DNA of 64,000 nucleotides from Azolla caroliniana (Eukaryota; Plantae; Polypodiophyta), in NCBI GenBank assembly GCA_043228905.1, contig JBHGNT010000011.1:5456001-5520000 (forward strand). Direction: 5' to 3'. Position 1 is the stretch's first letter, and the number at the start of each line of letters is the position of its first letter. The position numbers were made by a program, and so were the translations under genes. Below are positions 62,336 through 64,000 of the stretch, in pieces. Under the pieces are notes generated by a model, which had not been told where the DNA came from, searched no databases, and worked only from the letters and a program-made list of their open reading frames with translations.

Positions 62336-62531
62336 AATTGAGGTAATGACCTCTTACGTATACAACACCAAATGCATATCATTTACATAAAAATTGAGGT
62401 ATTGACCTCATACGCATACGTAACATATGTATGTGAATGTGATACACAATTGAGGTATTAACCTCGTACGCATACGACATGAATCACATATCAAATATAT
62501 GTCAAATGAGGTATTGACCTCATACACATAT
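62336..62531. repeat. Four palindromic 28-bp repeats at an exact 56-bp period
   Basis: AATTGAGGTATTGACCTCATACGCATAC-like units start at 62336, 62392, 62448 and 62504. Confidence 0.85.
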
Positions 62532-63170
62532 GTAAACGTTTTATACAACCAATTAATTACCACTACAATATCATTGAGTCGATGAAAGAAAACACATATT
62601 GACTATACATGATTAGATTGGGAGAAGAAAGAATAGAAAAAAAACAAGAAAGAGTTACTGAAGTTCGTTTGTTGATTGCTATCTGGATCAAGGTCAACCG
62701 CACATCGATTGATCACCATCCATCAAGAAGACAAAAACCAACAAAAGAAACATTAGAAACAATAGCTCTGATACCAATTGTTAGAGCGATGGTCTAATGT
62801 AAGCATATGATAAAGATAAAAGATATAAGAAATAAGAAAGGTGAGAGAGAAAGAAGGGTGTTGATCCACCCGACCACCCCCGAACGAAGGGATCGAGATG
62901 GACTCGAGCCTCGATCGGTGTCCCATACCACTGCCGTGGCATCAAGTCGTGCCTGTTGTTGGCACGCACGCTACAAGAGTTGACCCACCACAAGAATAGA
63001 GTCTCGACATAGTCAAGAGATGATGAAATGAGGGTAGCTAGGCCTCATATTTATAGTGATACCCAAGGCCCCCAGACAAGTTCACACTTGGCCTAATGGG
63101 TTGTCTCAATCCCTAGGATTAAAAGTAATCCTCCCCTTCTTTACACTCTTGTTTAACCCTCACACTTATC

Positions 63171-63865
63171 TGATGAAAACTCGACGTTCCTTATGTTTGA
63201 CGCTCGGCCACAACCAAGATTCTTTTTATACACAGAAAAACAGGTAATGAAAAACGCGACACAAAAGGGAGAAATAGTACACAGGAGGTTTACGTGGAAA
63301 ACACCAAAATAGGGGAAAAACCACGGCAGCCCACAGGCTGCAAACTGTCACTATGTAGCAATATACAACAGTGAGTACACTGAGGCAACGACCTTGCACT
63401 CTCAGATCTTCGCCACAGGCGGCGGTTACAACAGAGGCAACGACCTCGTCTCTCTCTCTCTCTCTCTCTGTACAGTTGCGCGCTCTCACTATCTTCTTGC
63501 ACCAACAAGGAGAAAAATAACAACAAAAATGACAACGACACATAAAAGTTTGCCCTAAGTCATATTTATACTAATATGACTTTTCGGCTATTTACAAATG
63601 TAGCCTCAATGGGCTCTCAGAAACATATTCACAAATATGTCTCTTCCTCCGGTTCATACCGGGCCTGCACCATCCGTCTCTCCGCAGTCGGGTACTCCCC
63701 ATCCGGTTCATACCGGGCCTACACCATCCGGCTCTCCGCAGTCGGGTACTCCCCATTCGGTTCGTACCATTTCCGGAGGGACCTGTCTCCCTTCCCAGTT
63801 TGTACCAGTTTGTTCGTCGGCACTGTTCTTCTCCCTTCCCATCCGGAGGGACCTGTCTCCCAACA
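63171..63865 (-). mobile_element. Solo LTR (family C) inside the gypsy LTR
   Basis: TG...CCCAACA; TSD TTATC; about two 54-bp repeats. Confidence 0.9.
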
Positions 63866-64000
63866 TTATCCACGTGTATAGAATACTACGGTAAATTCTC
63901 ATCACTGGATATTATATGGTCATGCCCGGAACAAGAGTTTTGTCTCCCTTCGATGTCATTAGCCTTGAGTCTGGACCATGTATACTCTTTTCGTGGTGAA

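Larger units (their letters stand above)
56507..64000 (-). mobile_element. Ty3/gypsy (chromovirus-like) element, decayed, 3' end missing
   Basis: Order gag (CIFCKRKGHIKEQC), PR, RT ([28 protein letters not shown]), RH, IN (VDRLTK, IVSDRDPKFTS). PBS iMet at 62765-62776. LTR from 62779 running off the window; its link to the ORFs is inferred. Confidence 0.88.

Noticed and set aside
62336-62531. CRISPR array
   Set aside because: Eukaryotic TE context, no cas genes, and the spacers are related to each other (diverged tandem repeat).

Overview
Gene-free, retrotransposon-saturated eukaryotic DNA. It is most likely from a non-seed land plant such as a fern; this is an inference from the iMet/Trp primer-binding sites, DUF4283-type L1 LINEs and abundant (CA)n/(GA)n. 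The window resolves into nested insertions, most of them delimited by readable TSDs. An old Ty1/copia (3894-~45700) has an L1 LINE in its 5' LTR and is split exactly in its RT YVDD motif by a 31.5-kb DNA transposon (13057-44587). That transposon has an 8-bp TSD GTCTACGT, a ~15-bp TIR and a transposase with P-element-type D..D..DxxH..E motifs; this P-like element is the most unexpected item. It contains an intact L1, a decayed L1 carrying a solo LTR, a young gag-only LTR element (4-bp TSD, tRNA-Trp PBS, tRNA-like A/B-box cassette in its LTRs) inserted in the transposase, and a full-length copia. Downstream are another copia hit by a hAT-type MITE (which holds a second full-length copia with two solo LTRs), a chimeric copia junction and a decayed Ty3/gypsy. 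No host protein-coding gene, rRNA, bona fide tRNA or CRISPR array was found.
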